Shown here: positions 12,966-25,819 of the stretch, one piece after another
How positions within the stretch are numbered: the stretch's first letter is position 1
How the letters are laid out: each line of letters begins with the position of its first letter
Source of the DNA: Octopus sinensis
Lineage: Eukaryota
Direction of reading: 5' to 3'
NCBI RefSeq assembly: GCF_006345805.1
Contig: NC_043007.1
Location: 39,680,001-39,744,000 of the forward strand
DNA length: 64,000 nucleotides
Translations under genes and position numbers: made by a program
Notes under the pieces: generated by a model
Told to the model about the DNA's origin: nothing
The model's database searches: none
The model's input: the letters and a program-made list of their open reading frames with translations, nothing else

Positions 12966-14020
12966 CTATTTGTGTTTTTCCTTACTTCCTGCATCAACTC
13001 TTGCGAATGACTGTGAAGTTGATGAGGTATTCTGGTTCTCTAGAAACTGTAAGAGTTGTTCTTGTGATTGTTGTTCCTCTTCGTGTATTTGTTTCTGTTT
13101 TAGTGCATTTTGTAATTGTGGTTGTGGTTGAATGAGTGTGCATTGCTTTTGTTGTTGGGATTTGAGTAAGTGTGTCGTGCTGTTGTTAGATGAATTGGGT
13201 GAATTTTCCTCGTCCTGTCTTTTCATTTTCAGCATAGGACAGTCTTTTCTTGACCTATTTTTCAGCTTTTTCCCAACACAAGTCCTTATTGGGGGATTCA
13301 ATTCCTCCTCGTTGCATGATAAGACTTCTGAATCACCCGTGTCGGGATTACATAGTATATCTGTGTCGCCCATCTCTAGGGATGGTCGGTAGTTTCTTGT
13401 TTCCACTGCTTCAGTTGTTGGTACTACTGTGATGGTGAGATTCTGTTGTTGAAGATGTTGCTTTAATGGCTGTTGTTGCATTGATTGTTGTTGCAGCTTT
13501 TGGTCCCCTTTTGGTGGCGGTGGCGGCGGTGGTGGTAGCAGAACCGCCGTCCCTTGAGCTCCATTTTGCTGTTGTTGTGGGCAGAGGGCCTTCAAATTTG
13601 TGTTAGACCTACAAGTGTAGCATCTTGGCTTTCTGACTTCCACCACAACTTGGGCAGCTCGATAAGGTCGGGGACCTTGTCCAAGGATTCTGGTTTTACC
13701 TGGATCAAAATCTCCAACCCGATTCCGGACCAGTTCTCCTTCCGATATTTTTTAATTTCTAGAAGCGAATCTGAGCCTTCGACCAAAGCACACGCAACCA
13801 ACTACCAAATGTCTAATTCCGGTGGGACATCTAATATTTTAACTTTCACCACCCGCCGTCCAAGGTATGTGGGAAGGAGAAGAAGATCCTTGTGTTTGCA
13901 CTGGACCATTCAGTGTTTTGGGTCCACTGCCTCTGTGAAGAACATCATCTCTACAGAACCAAATTATCTTCCTCGTGTCAGGAAATCAATAACAGTTGAA
14001 ATGCCCTTCAAGCATCTTTC
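12966..14020 (-). pseudogene. LINE ORF1-like (gag-type knuckle) pseudogene
   Basis: RKPRCYTCRSNTNLKALCP (CX2CX4[H>N]X4C), with upstream VKILDVPPELDIW*...EILIQV; one stop and a frameshift near 13640. Confidence 0.55.
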
Positions 14021-14051
14021 TATTTGGATATGTGGCGTATTAAATTTTTAT

Positions 14052-14440
14052 TCTTTTATTCTTTTACTTGTTTCAGTCATTTGACTGCGGCCATGCTGGA
14101 GCACCGCCTTCAGTCGAACAAATCGACCCCAGTACTTATTCTATCGGTCTTTTTTGCCGAACCGCTAAGTTACGGGGACGTAAACACACCAGCATCGGTT
14201 GTCAAGCGATGTTGGGGGGACAAACACAGATACACGAGCACACACACACACATACAATAATATATAAACATATATATGACGGGCTTCTTTCAGTTTCCGT
14301 CTAGCAAATCCATTCACAAGGCTTTGGTCGGCCCGAGGCTATAGTAGAAGACACTTGCCCAAGGTACCACACAGTGGGACTGAACCCAGAACCATGCGGT
14401 TGGTAAGCAAGCTACTTACCACAGAGCCACTCCTACGCCT
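14052..14440 (-). mobile_element. SINE family A, full length
   Basis: Both arms with an internal (CA)/(TA) tract; reverse complement of 20147-20557. Confidence 0.9.
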
Positions 14441-14649
14441 CATCTTTTCCCTCATCTTTAGCGACACGCATCTGTATACGATGGTCCTTCTGGCCATCTT
14501 CTTCATCAAATCAGAAGGGATACTAAGCTTGGTTTCCCTATCCCTTCTATTGAGGAGTTTTTCTGCTTCAATCAGGTATGCATGTTTTCCTTCCCGAGGG
14601 ATTTGCTCCTGCTACTTTGTTACTCCTACAAAGGAGTTGTTTTTATCGT

Positions 14650-14887
14650 TGCTGTTATTGTTACGGAGATGTACTCGCATAGCAAGTAATTTGATCTGAG
14701 ATCGTGTGCTGAAACGAAAACAATTGCAGCGTGGAAGGTGTTTATAGCACGGATTTTTGTCAGTGAACAGGTCGCGGATTTTAGCGACGAAAATATTTTA
14801 ACAAATTAAACTTAAATGTTGAAGTGAATCGAACGGCTTTTGTGTGTTTCTTAAATGGCTTATAAACACCTTCCACGCTGCAATTGT
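14650..14887. repeat. Unclassified element with a 27-bp inverted repeat
   Basis: acaattgcagcgtggaaggtgtttata (14720-14746) and its exact reverse complement (14861-14887). Confidence 0.75.
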
Positions 14888-15576
14888 GTTATTGTTAGTA
14901 CTGATTATATCGTTTCTGCCGTTGATGTTGTTCCCGTCGCTGTCGGGGCCAAAGTGGCGCTACGGTTTGTGGCGATACTCATGTCATTGACCGAAGTAGC
15001 CAAGCTACTTGCTAACGGGAGGAAATCATTTAGATTGTAGTTGTACTGTTTATTTTCTCTTCCGTCATAGCTTTACTGTTGTTGCTGTTCGTAGTGGTGG
15101 TGGCAGAGGTGATGGTGGCGGTGGTGTCGAAGTTGTTGCTGTTTGCGATTGGGATGGACATCTTGTTTTGCCTGTTTGCTTGTCTCGTAGTCACGCCAGC
15201 AGGCGAAGAACTGTCACCCTCTCTCATTTTTGTGGAAAGACACTCCTCTGTCGCTCCTTCTCTCATCGACGACTGAAACTCCCTCGGAACTATTTGTTGC
15301 TACCATTGAGCAAAAATTCTAAATGCTTCCATGTGGAATAAAAAATGGAATAAATTAGGTAAGCTCCCATCCCCAAAAAATAGAGGGACTTTTATCAGAA
15401 AAAGGAACTCACTATCAGAAGAAGGATCCCTTGTTCTCTACCCTGATGAAAATGACTGGAAAGTTTCACTATATTACGGAGAAAACTGACAATTTTCGAA
15501 AACAAAGTACGGAGCCGAGGTGAAACGTGGCTTCCTCGGCTTGACGGCAATAATAGTAATAATAATAATAATAATA

Positions 15577-15633
<57 letters not shown>

Positions 15634-15636
<3 letters not shown>

Positions 15637-15780
15637 CTTTTATGGGCACAAGGGCCCAAGACATGGAGAACAATATCGAAGGACGAGTTACAACACAACA
15701 AAAATTTTACAAGAACAAAAACATGTGGAGTTAACATCATTCAAGGGGAGATATTACCACATTAAAGGTTATAACAAAGG
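15634..15780 (+). pseudogene. Possible R4-type RT scrap
   Basis: KTWRT...KTCGVNIIQGEILPH resembles ..IRRGIFQGDSLSP; directly follows (TAA)(GAT)n. Confidence 0.3.
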
Positions 15781-15829
15781 ATATATAATAGAAAGTAGAG
15801 AAATAAATAATAAATAAATAAATAGAATC

Positions 15830-15985
15830 CCCAAGAGCAGGACAGTCTACTTAGGATAGTCCACTGGCTACTGCGTCCAGACAAAGTGTCCTGACGTCGT
15901 TGAGCAGGTGACTCTTGTTTCCACGCTGCCCTAAGGTCACGAACATTTATACAATCTATTCTTAGAATCGCCATTTCAGGATAAG
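15830..15985 (-). pseudogene. L1/Tx1 AP-endonuclease N-terminus
   Basis: MAILRIDCINVRDLRAAWKQ resembles the conserved xRIGxINVRGL start of APE domains. Confidence 0.55.
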
Positions 15986-16149
15986 AGAAATGAATAAAAG
16001 AAGAGTCAGTCATTTAACCATGGTTTGGGTTGATCCTTTTTCGGGACCTGTAAACGGGTCATCCAATGTCCTTTTATCTAATAAATTTTTGAAAACATTC
16101 GCATCATGTGGGAAACGTTTCCTCAGAAAACGATACTTAGTGGGGCTTA

Positions 16150-16412
16150 TTATAATCAGAAACCTCTTCTAATTTGCTAACTGGTTCACCCTCTAATCCA
16201 TTCGTTTCTATTGCTAACTCTATGCCAAACGCTATCGGATCTGCTCTAATCGCCCTCTTCAAGGCGGCCCACCACCGGTTGTTGACGATTGCCCCCGTCA
16301 ACTGCCGCTTAACCATTTCACTAATCCGGTCCCTGTAGACTTTTCGTACCGGAAAGGACGCGTTTAACTTCCAGTAACCGGGTCCCTGTCTTCGGAGCGA
16401 TACAAAAGTAGC
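16150..16412 (-). pseudogene. L1/Tx1 EN-RT linker fragment
   Basis: RRQGPGYWKLNAS...NNRWWAALKRAIR is the typical GPGYWKLN motif following the APE domain. Confidence 0.8.
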
Positions 16413-17190
16413 AATGCAAAAAGAGATCGAATCTCTGCGGGCGGATATATCACTTCTTGATGAAATTGCTAGAGGAGTAAATGTTAAGACGAAACAAGCC
16501 AGAAAAATCAAGCAAAAATATAGAATCAAAGATTTTATAAACCTCCCTGCAATCAAAGGACTAGTGAAACAGCGAATACAGCTGGAAACCCAACGGCTCA
16601 GAAGGTACGATAAAAGAATCAAATTTTATAGATAAAAGATATTCAAGAAGGGTACAAAGAAATTTTTTAAGGAAATTGGCAAAAGTAGGATAGAAGTCAA
16701 GGAGCCACCTAAGAAGACTTAGGAAATGGAAAAGTTCTGGAAAAAGATATGGAGCAACAAAAAAGAATATAATGCTGAAGCTGACTGGATAGAGTGTGAG
16801 AAAGTGAGACTGAATGAAGCCGATGAGCAGAAATGGGAGGCAATAGAAGTAGAAGTGCTAAGATGTGTTCTTAGGAAGTCTCACAATGGAAAATCGGAAG
16901 TCTCACAATGGAAAATCGGAAGTCTCACAAATGGGCCGGATTTCTAACTTCTGGTTATAATTGTTTGACAGAAGTACACCAAACTTTCGCTGCATCTCTT
17001 CCTAATGTCATCCAGAATCCAGAGCAAATACCTGCCTGGCTGACTGAAGGAACAGCATACCTTCTACCAAAAACTGAAGATACAAAAAAATCCAAAGAAC
17101 AACCGACCAATAGCATGTCTCAACACCACCTACAAGATTCTCACATCCATACAAACTGAAAGAATATTGGCTTTCCTTGAACAGAAGTCT
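16413..17190 (+). pseudogene. R4/Dong-clade LINE, pre-RT and RT N-terminal region
   Basis: KQRIQLETQRLRRYDKR, EKFWKKIWS, IPAWLTEGTAYLLPKTEDTK; stops, frameshifts and a 22-bp tandem duplication near 16880-16930. Confidence 0.8.
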
Positions 17191-17705
17191 ACTCTTCCAC
17201 ATTCTAGGTGCTAGGCGCCCAATCTCGGATTCATCTTCACTTAGGACTTGCCACTCCATCAAGGAGAAGAGTTGCGGAAAGACGAGCCTCACAAACGGAG
17301 CCCAGACACGCGCACCGTCCAGAAATCGTTGCAGGTGGCGTAACCCAAGAGCGTGTCTGTGCATTAAGAGCCACGGCATATCTAATCCGCCACTCAGAGG
17401 ATGCATGACCATTGGAACGCGTCCTTTTCACAAGAATTTTAATGAGAGACGCTCCAGCTTGGTTAAGTAGTAACTGGGACAGGGCACGTCGGTAAGCTGA
17501 TAAATAATATTCACCACCTCTGTCTGACCTTTAAAGGACAGCTACTTCTCAGCCCATTTTTGGGTGAGATTGGCCACCCTATTCGCTACCACATTCCAGT
17601 TCTTATCAACCTTGAAATCGGGACCAAACCAGACTCGGAGCAGTCTAGCTGGTCCGTCGGTCCGGCGTCCGACGACGCCGTCCGATGGAATCTGCACACC
17701 CATAA
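17190..17705 (-). pseudogene. L1/Tx1 ORF2 fragment paralogous to 12200-12800
   Basis: GGLDMPWLLMHRHALGLRHLQRFLDGARVWAPFVRLVFPQL, nearly the same peptide as ORF 12221-12499. Confidence 0.85.
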
Positions 17706-17906
17706 AGGCAGCAGCTTGGCGGGGGATATGACGATTACATCGACCCCAGTGCTCAGATGGTACTTATTTTATCAAACCCATAAGAGTGAAAGGCAAAGCT
17801 GACATTGTCGGAATTTGAACTCAGAACGAAAAGACGGACAAAATACCGCTAAGTACCGGCTTTATAATAATAATAATAAAAATAATAATAATGATAATAA
17901 TAATAA

Positions 17907-17961
<55 letters not shown>

Positions 17962-18139
17962 GAACTATTTTTATTTTTAATATTTTTCATTTGTATTTGT
18001 GTATTAGCTTTATAGTTTTATTTATTTCGTTTCTTTTTATTCATCCCACTTTTTTTTTTCAAATGCAGCAACACTCCTTTCCTCGTTCAAGCAAAATAAA
18101 TATCAACAATGGCACCACAAAAGAAAATCACTTGGGATT

Positions 18140-18171
<32 letters not shown>

Positions 18172-18479
18172 ACTGAAAGAAAACTGCGAAAAAATAAAAA
18201 GCGATACAAAATTATAAATGAGAATAAGGAAAAAAAAATCTTCGACAAAAAAAAAAAAAGAAAAAACCCAATATGTCCGCTCTTCCCGCCAAAATAAATA
18301 AAAGGACAAACAATGTGTCTGAAGTGAGAAAAGCCATTCTAAAGAATACTAGTTATGAATCCATTACGAAATGGAATGGAAATGTTTCTGAAAGGGGGGC
18401 GGGAAAAATAATGGTGAGTCGGTGATATTTTCCTCTATAAAAGGGTCTTGTAATAAATTATATAATATATATATATATA

Positions 18480-18533
<54 letters not shown>

Positions 18534-18889
18534 ACACATACAAACACAAACGTGTATATACGTATAGGGGCGGGTAGCTACACCAGCAACATCGTTATTG
18601 CTGCGACAATGTAAGGAAAAAACAAAAATGAAAGAAAGAAAAGAGGAACTCGGAAGAATGGATATGACTTCTCAACAACAAGAAACAAAAGTCAGTAGGG
18701 AATATTTAGAAGATTGGTAAATTCACACTCCACGCGCACACACACACACAGTCGTCCATATATACAAACTTTGCAACCACGCGCTCACACCCAAATACTT
18801 ACGCGTACTTCTATGCATATGTATATGTGTGAGTGTGCTGACATTCTCATACATACATATATCTACATATGCACATAGAGAAAGCTATT

Positions 18890-18936
<47 letters not shown>

Positions 18937-19728
18937 ACTATATTAAAGAAATAAATATACGTATAGAAAAGTAAACGTTTAGTATAATGTGAATCTCTGG
19001 CGCGTACATCGTCATATTCAAGATTAGACAATACAAATGTAACGTAACACACACACTCACACACACATACGCATGCACACATGCACACATGCATACGTAC
19101 ACATACACACACATATGTCCATTTATTCAGGCACACAATAATACATACGCACACACACATGAATATACATATACGTTCATACATACATACATACATACAT
19201 AAACACAATATATACGTATTACAAAAATAATACAATAATGATGCATATATGAATAATACAATAATATATATATATATACATACACACACACACACACACA
19301 CAAGCTTGCACGTGCTTGTCTTGATTCCAATGTATCTGTTTTGGACATTTTGTATAGGGGTTAAAAATACACAGAACATGCATACATGCACATATACAAA
19401 AGCACACATATTTTTTATGCATACATGCATATATGCACCCATTTATACATACATGCTTACATATATCCATTTCATCTTTTACTTGTTTTAGTCATTTGAC
19501 TGCGACCATGCTGGGGCTTCAACCTCTAAGAACTTTAGTTGAACGAATCGATACTAGTCCTTTATATATACATACATTTCAAATTCCCCCAAGGTCGACT
19601 TCACTTTTTATCCTTTCGAGGTCGATAAATTAAGTGCCAGTTGCGTACTGAGGTCGAAGTAATCGACTGGTCCTCTCCCCAAAAATGTCGGGCCCTGTGT
19701 AAAGAACATATATATACACACTCATGTG

Positions 19729-19761
<33 letters not shown>

Positions 19762-19763
19762 CC

Positions 19764-19801
<38 letters not shown>

Positions 19802-19816
19802 TGTGGTGTGTGTGTG

Positions 19817-19883
<67 letters not shown>

Positions 19884-20146
19884 TGTGTGTGTTGTGTGCG
19901 TGTGTTTGTATATGTGTTTGACCGCCACCGCTGCTTGACAATCGGTGTTGGTGTGTTTACGTCCCCGTAACTAGCAGTTCGGCAAAATAGATCGATAGAG
20001 TAATTGCCAAACTTAAAAATAAATAAGAACTGGGGACAATTCATTCGATTAAAAAATTCTTCAAGGTGGTGCACCAGTATGACCGCGGTCTAATGACTGA
20101 AACAAATAAAAAACAAAAAATATAGGTGTATATATAGGTGTATATA

Positions 20147-20557
20147 TAGGCGCAGGAGTGACTGTGTGGTAAGTAGCTTGCTAACCAACCACATGGATCC
20201 GGGTTCAGTCCCACTGCGTGGCATCTTGGGCAATTGTCTTCTGCTATAGCCCCAGGCCGACCAATGCCTTGTGAGTGGATTTGGTAGACGGAAACTGAAA
20301 GAAGCCTGTCGTATATATGTATATATATATATATGTGTGTATGTTTGTGTGTCTGTGTTTGTCCCCCTAGCATTGCTTGACAACCGATGCTGGTGTGTTT
20401 ATGTCCCCGTCACCTAGCGGTTCGGCAAAAGTGACCGATAGAATAAGTACTGGGCTTACAAAGAATAAGTCCCGGGGTCGATTTGCTCGACTAAAGGCGG
20501 TGCTCCAGCATGGCCGCAGTCAAATGACTGAAACAAGTAAAAGAGAGTAAAGAGAGT
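20147..20557 (+). mobile_element. SINE family A, full-length reference copy
   Basis: tRNA-like head, ccttgggcaa CORE-like segment, internal (TA)(TG) tract, right arm, (gtaaaaga)n tail. Partial right arms at ~19920-20110 and ~20560-20800. Confidence 0.9.
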
Positions 20558-20987
20558 ATGTATGTGTGTGTGCGCGCGTGTGTTTATGTTTGCGTTTGCA
20601 CCCACCTCGCCGCGGCGCTAGATACGGTGCTGGTTTGTGAAGTCCCCTAACTTTCCGGTTTGGCCAAAGAAACGGATATAATGAACACCAAACTTTTGAA
20701 AAAACAGCAAGTCCTAGGTTCGGTCTGCTTGACTGAACCCTTTATGGCGGTGCCCAGGATGGTCACAGTCCAATGACTGAATCAAGTAAAAGGTAAATGA
20801 TTTATATCATTGCTTGTGTTGCTTTTTCGAGAAGCGGGTCACAGTTTGCACATGACTGATTTTCATACATACATACATACAAACATAAATACATACATAC
20901 ATACATACCTACATACATACAACATGCATGCATGCATACATACACATATATATATATACATATATACATATATATAGAGAGATAGCT

Positions 20988-21022
<35 letters not shown>

Positions 21023-21043
21023 TATATATATATAGAGAGATAT

Positions 21044-21080
<37 letters not shown>

Positions 21081-21233
21081 ATATATACATACATATATGC
21101 ATCCAAACATACATACATAATGGCCAACGAGAATACATCGTAGCTCTTCGGTCCGACATGCGAAACTCCGAGTACTATAATGACAACTTACTGTTTGTTC
21201 TAAATTATAACACACACACACACACACACACAC

Positions 21234-21268
<35 letters not shown>

Positions 21269-21295
21269 CACACACACACACACACAACACACCAC

Positions 21296-21347
<52 letters not shown>

Positions 21348-21514
21348 GTGGAGAAATTATACAAAATATATGTGGATGATGAGTAAAGCACCACCATAGT
21401 TTCGATTACCTGTTATTATCTGTAGGTGGTAGGAACTTCGTAGTAGCGGTTGAGGTAACAGAATAATAATAATATAGATGGAAAAAATATGTATATATAT
21501 ATATTCTTTAATTC

Positions 21515-21763
21515 TTTTATTCTTTCACTCTTTTCAGTCATTTGACTGCGATCATGCTGGAGCACCGACTTAAATGTTTTTTAGGTCAAAGAAATCGACT
21601 AAAAGACTTATCCTTTGTAAGCCTAGTACTTATTCTGTCGGTCTCTTTTGCCGAACAGCTAAGTTACGTGGACATATGCAAACCAATACCAGTTGTCAAG
21701 CTGTGGTGGTGGGGAAACAAACACACATACACATACACACTCATACACACATAAACACGCACG

Positions 21764-21800
<37 letters not shown>

Positions 21801-22137
21801 CACACACATATACGATGGGCTTCTCTTCAGTTCCCGTCCACCAAATTCACTCACAAGGCATTGATCGGTCCGAGGCTATATAAGACACTTGGCAAGGTGC
21901 TACGTAGTAGGACTGAACTCGGAATCATATGGTTGGGGAACAACTTCTTACCACACAACCACACCTGATCATTCACAATTGTTGAAGGTATGTTACAAGG
22001 GTGGCGAGCTGGCAGAAACGTTAACACGCCGCCTAAATTTTTGCAGAACCGCTAGGTTAAGGGGACGTAAAACACACCAACATTGTTCGTCAAGCGATGT
22101 TGGAGGCACAAACACAGATACACAAACATACATACAT

Positions 22138-22197
<60 letters not shown>

Positions 22198-22345
22198 CCG
22201 ACGGGCTGCTTTCAGTTTCCGTCTACCAAATCCACTCACAAGGCTTTGGTCGGCCCGAAGCTATAGCAGAAGACACTCGCCCAAGGTTCAGTGGGACTGA
22301 ACCCGGAACCATGTAGTTGGGAAGCAAGCTTATTACCACCCAGCT
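21515..22345 (-). mobile_element. Two SINE family A copies
   Basis: ~21515-21965 and ~22030-22345, each with an internal (CA)n tract. Confidence 0.85.
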
Positions 22346-22349
22346 GCGT

Positions 22350-22900
22350 CTGCCGGCAGAAACGTTAGCACACCGGGCGAAATACTTAGCGGTATTTCGT
22401 TTGCCGTTACGTTGTGAGTTCAAATTCCGCCGAGGTCGACTTTGCCTTTCATCCTTTCGGGGTCGATAAATTAAGTACCAGGTACGCACTGGGGTCGATG
22501 TAATCGACTTAATCCGTTTGTCTGTCCTTGTTTGTCCCTTCTGTGTTTAGCCCCTTGTGGCTAGTAAAGAAATAAGTATTCCGCCGAGGTCGACTTTGCC
22601 TTTCATCGTTTCGGGGTTGATTAAATAAGTACCAGTTACGCACTGAGGTCGATATAATCGACTTAATCCGTTTATCTGTCCTTGTTTGTTCTCTCTGTGT
22701 TTAGCCCCTTGTCGGTAGTAAAGAAATAGGTATTTCGTCTGTCTTTACGGTCTGAGTTCAAAGTCCGCCAATGTCGACTTTGTCTTTCATCCTTTCGCGA
22801 TCGATATATTAAGTAACAGTTGCGTACTGGGCTCGATCTAATCGACTGGTCCCCTCCCCCAAAATTTCGGGTTTGTGCCTAGAATAGAAAAGATTATATT
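22350..22900 (+). mobile_element. Head-to-tail trimer of SINE family B
   Basis: Three successive gtcgactttgcctttcatcctttcggggtcgataaattaagtaccag-like domains; the third copy carries a different tail (ctggtcccctccccaaaatttcggg). Confidence 0.85.
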
Positions 22901-22999
22901 ACTCTTTTCCTTATACTTATACATTTCTCTCCATATTATACATTTTATCCCATCTCCTTTCACTTTCACTTTCTTCTCTCTAGCATCCAATTAGTCAGC

Positions 23000-23162
23000 A
23001 ATACGTTTGTCCAATTTTCTCCTGCTTTTTTCTCTCTTCCTCTCTCTCATTGTCACTTTCCCTCTCTCGTTTCGTTTCCTTCTCTGTGTCTCTCCGTGTC
23101 TTCCTCTCTTCCTCTCTATCTCTGCCTGTTTATCTGTCTCTGTCTCTCTGTCTCTCTGTTTC

Positions 23163-23252
<90 letters not shown>

Positions 23253-23938
23253 ACTCTCCCTATCTTCTCTGTTTCCCTGTCTCTTTCTCCCTCTATATTC
23301 CCCCCACTCTCTCCCTCTCACTTTCCCCCTCTCTCTCTCTCTCTCCTCTCTCTCTTTCTGTCTGTCTCTCTCTCCCTCTCTGTCTATCTGTCTGTCTCTC
23401 TCTCTCTCTGTCTCTGTCTCTGTCTGTCCCTGTTTGTCTCTCTGTGTACCTGTCTCTCTCTCTCCCTTCTCTCTCTGTTTCTCCCCCGTCTCCCCGTCTC
23501 CGTCTCCCTCTCTTTCTCTCTCCCCCTGTCCCTCTTCTTTTCTCAACTCCTCGCATTCATATACCTTCGACTATTAACCCATCTCCAGCAATGCAACTCC
23601 TCAATGTCCAATTTCTCTCCGCCTTGTTGCCGCCTTTCAAATTACCTTTCTTTTCCTCTTCATTTGTTAGTTTCTTCCCTCTCTTTCGCTCATTAATTTC
23701 CTTCTCTCTCCCTTTCACTCTTTATCCATTACAAACACAAAAACACACACACGCACGCACACACACACACACACACACGCACACACACACTTTCTCTCTC
23801 TCTCTCTCATGTCCGTCTCTCTCTCTCTCACTGTCCGTCTCTCTCTCTCTCTCTCTCTCACTGTCCGTCTCTCTCTCTCTCTCTCACTGTCCGTCTCTCT
23901 ATGTCTCACTGTCCGTCTCTCTATGTCTCTGCCTGTCC

Positions 23939-23994
<56 letters not shown>

Positions 23995-24000
23995 TACATA
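23000..24000. repeat. Polypyrimidine (TC)n, (TCTA)n and (CA)n block
   Basis: Direct reading; source of the long S/L ORFs 23007-24058. Confidence 0.9.
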
Positions 24001-24941
24001 CACACTCATTGTTTTAGCATACAAACACACAATTACCAACAACAACAACAATAAATAACAAAACCAAACCAATCAAATCACTTACACACACACACACACA
24101 CACATACACACACTGCATCACACGATATTTTACGCCTTCAATATTTCCCTTGCCTTCTTTCTTTCCTCTCTTATTCACCTTACTCCTACAATTCCGCTTT
24201 TATCATTTCTTTCCTAACACTTCATCTTCATTGCTCTCCTTTTCCGTTGTTCCCCTCAATTTTCTATTTATCTCTCTCATCTTACCTTGTATTCCTCAAC
24301 TTCTATCACCTCTCGTCATCCCTCATCTTCTACTACATCTTTTCTTTGACCTCCTTACTCTTCCCTATCCTCCATTTACCTTCGTTCTCCTCCATTTCCA
24401 ACTTCAACCATCTCTTTTCGCTTCCTCTCCCTCCTCTTCCTCCTTCACCTGTCTCACCTCATGCCCTCTAACCACCATCACCATCACCGCTGCCACCACC
24501 TCCAACGTTACCTCCACCGCCACCGCCACCGCAACCGCCTCCAACTGTCATCCTCGCGGTGAACCACAACACCGCAGTGGCTGACCGAATGTATGTATAT
24601 ATTAAACATTAACGACTCAGGAGACAGTTTCCAACATGTGCCACTGTAGATTCACGGAGAAATATTATCCGAGATAAGGTGACGTCTCTTGACAGCTGAA
24701 GACGATCTTACGAAAGCAAACACGACAAGCATCGTGATGCTCAACGACAGCAAAATGTCTGCAGGACATGATAACAGTAAAACAACCAAACAAAAATATA
24801 ATCTACAAATGGCGCTACTTGTTTTAATTAATTGACTGAAAGCAGACGTTCACGTTGTCAGATTTGAAATGGAAAAGAAAGGGAGTATGCACGGATACGC
24901 AGACATAAGCATAAATACACGATTGTATACACACATACTCG

Positions 24942-24943
<2 letters not shown>

Positions 24944-25023
<80 letters not shown>

Positions 25024-25024
25024 G

Positions 25025-25084
<60 letters not shown>
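24944..25084. repeat. (TATC)n tetranucleotide array
   Basis: Direct reading. Confidence 0.95.
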
Positions 25085-25085
<1 letters not shown>

Positions 25086-25091
25086 AGACTC

Positions 25092-25156
<65 letters not shown>

Positions 25157-25370
25157 ACACACATACATATTACATGTATATATATGTAAATGCATATATA
25201 TAATATATATATACATACATATATATGTATGTATATTGGTGTGTTTAAGTCCCCGTACACTAGCGGTTCGGCAAAATTAACCGATAGAAGAAAAACTAAG
25301 CTTACAGAGAATAAGTCCTGGGGTCGATTTGTTCGACTGAACACCAGTGATCCAGCATGGCCGCAGTCAA

Positions 25371-25440
<70 letters not shown>

Positions 25441-25819
25441 TGTGTGTGTGTGTGTGTGTTTAGGCGCCCACGTGGCTGTATGGTAAGAAGCTTGCTTCCC
25501 AAATACATGGTCCAGGTTTAGTCCTTCAGTGTGACACCCTCATCCCAAAGCCTTGTGAATGGATTTAGTAGACGAAAACTGAAAGAAACCTATCGTATAT
25601 ATATATATTTGCCTTTCATCCTTTTGGGGTCGATAAAATTAGTATCAGTAACGTACTTGGATCGCTATAATCGACTTAATCCCTTCCCCCAAAGTTTGAG
25701 GCTTTGTGCTTCCAGTAGAAAGGATTTATTAAAGTTGAAAAATTGTGACACATTCACATTTATTATATTAGATGTGTTTATTTTGAGGAAACTTTATTTC
25801 AATTAAAGTGTATTTTATA

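Noticed and set aside
15440-15480. CTGATGA...GAAA
   Set aside because: Stem II and stem I do not pair.
20147-20220. tRNA-like sequences (SINE heads, also near 45000 and 45390)
   Set aside because: A/B-box-like motifs but no complete cloverleaf; each continues into a SINE body.
22350-22900. Regularly repeated ~45-bp motif superficially like a CRISPR array
   Set aside because: Intervening sequences are themselves homologous SINE parts; eukaryotic context; no cas genes.
24690-24735. CTGAAGA-cgatcttac-GAAA
   Set aside because: No stem II closing pair and no UH after the possible stem III.
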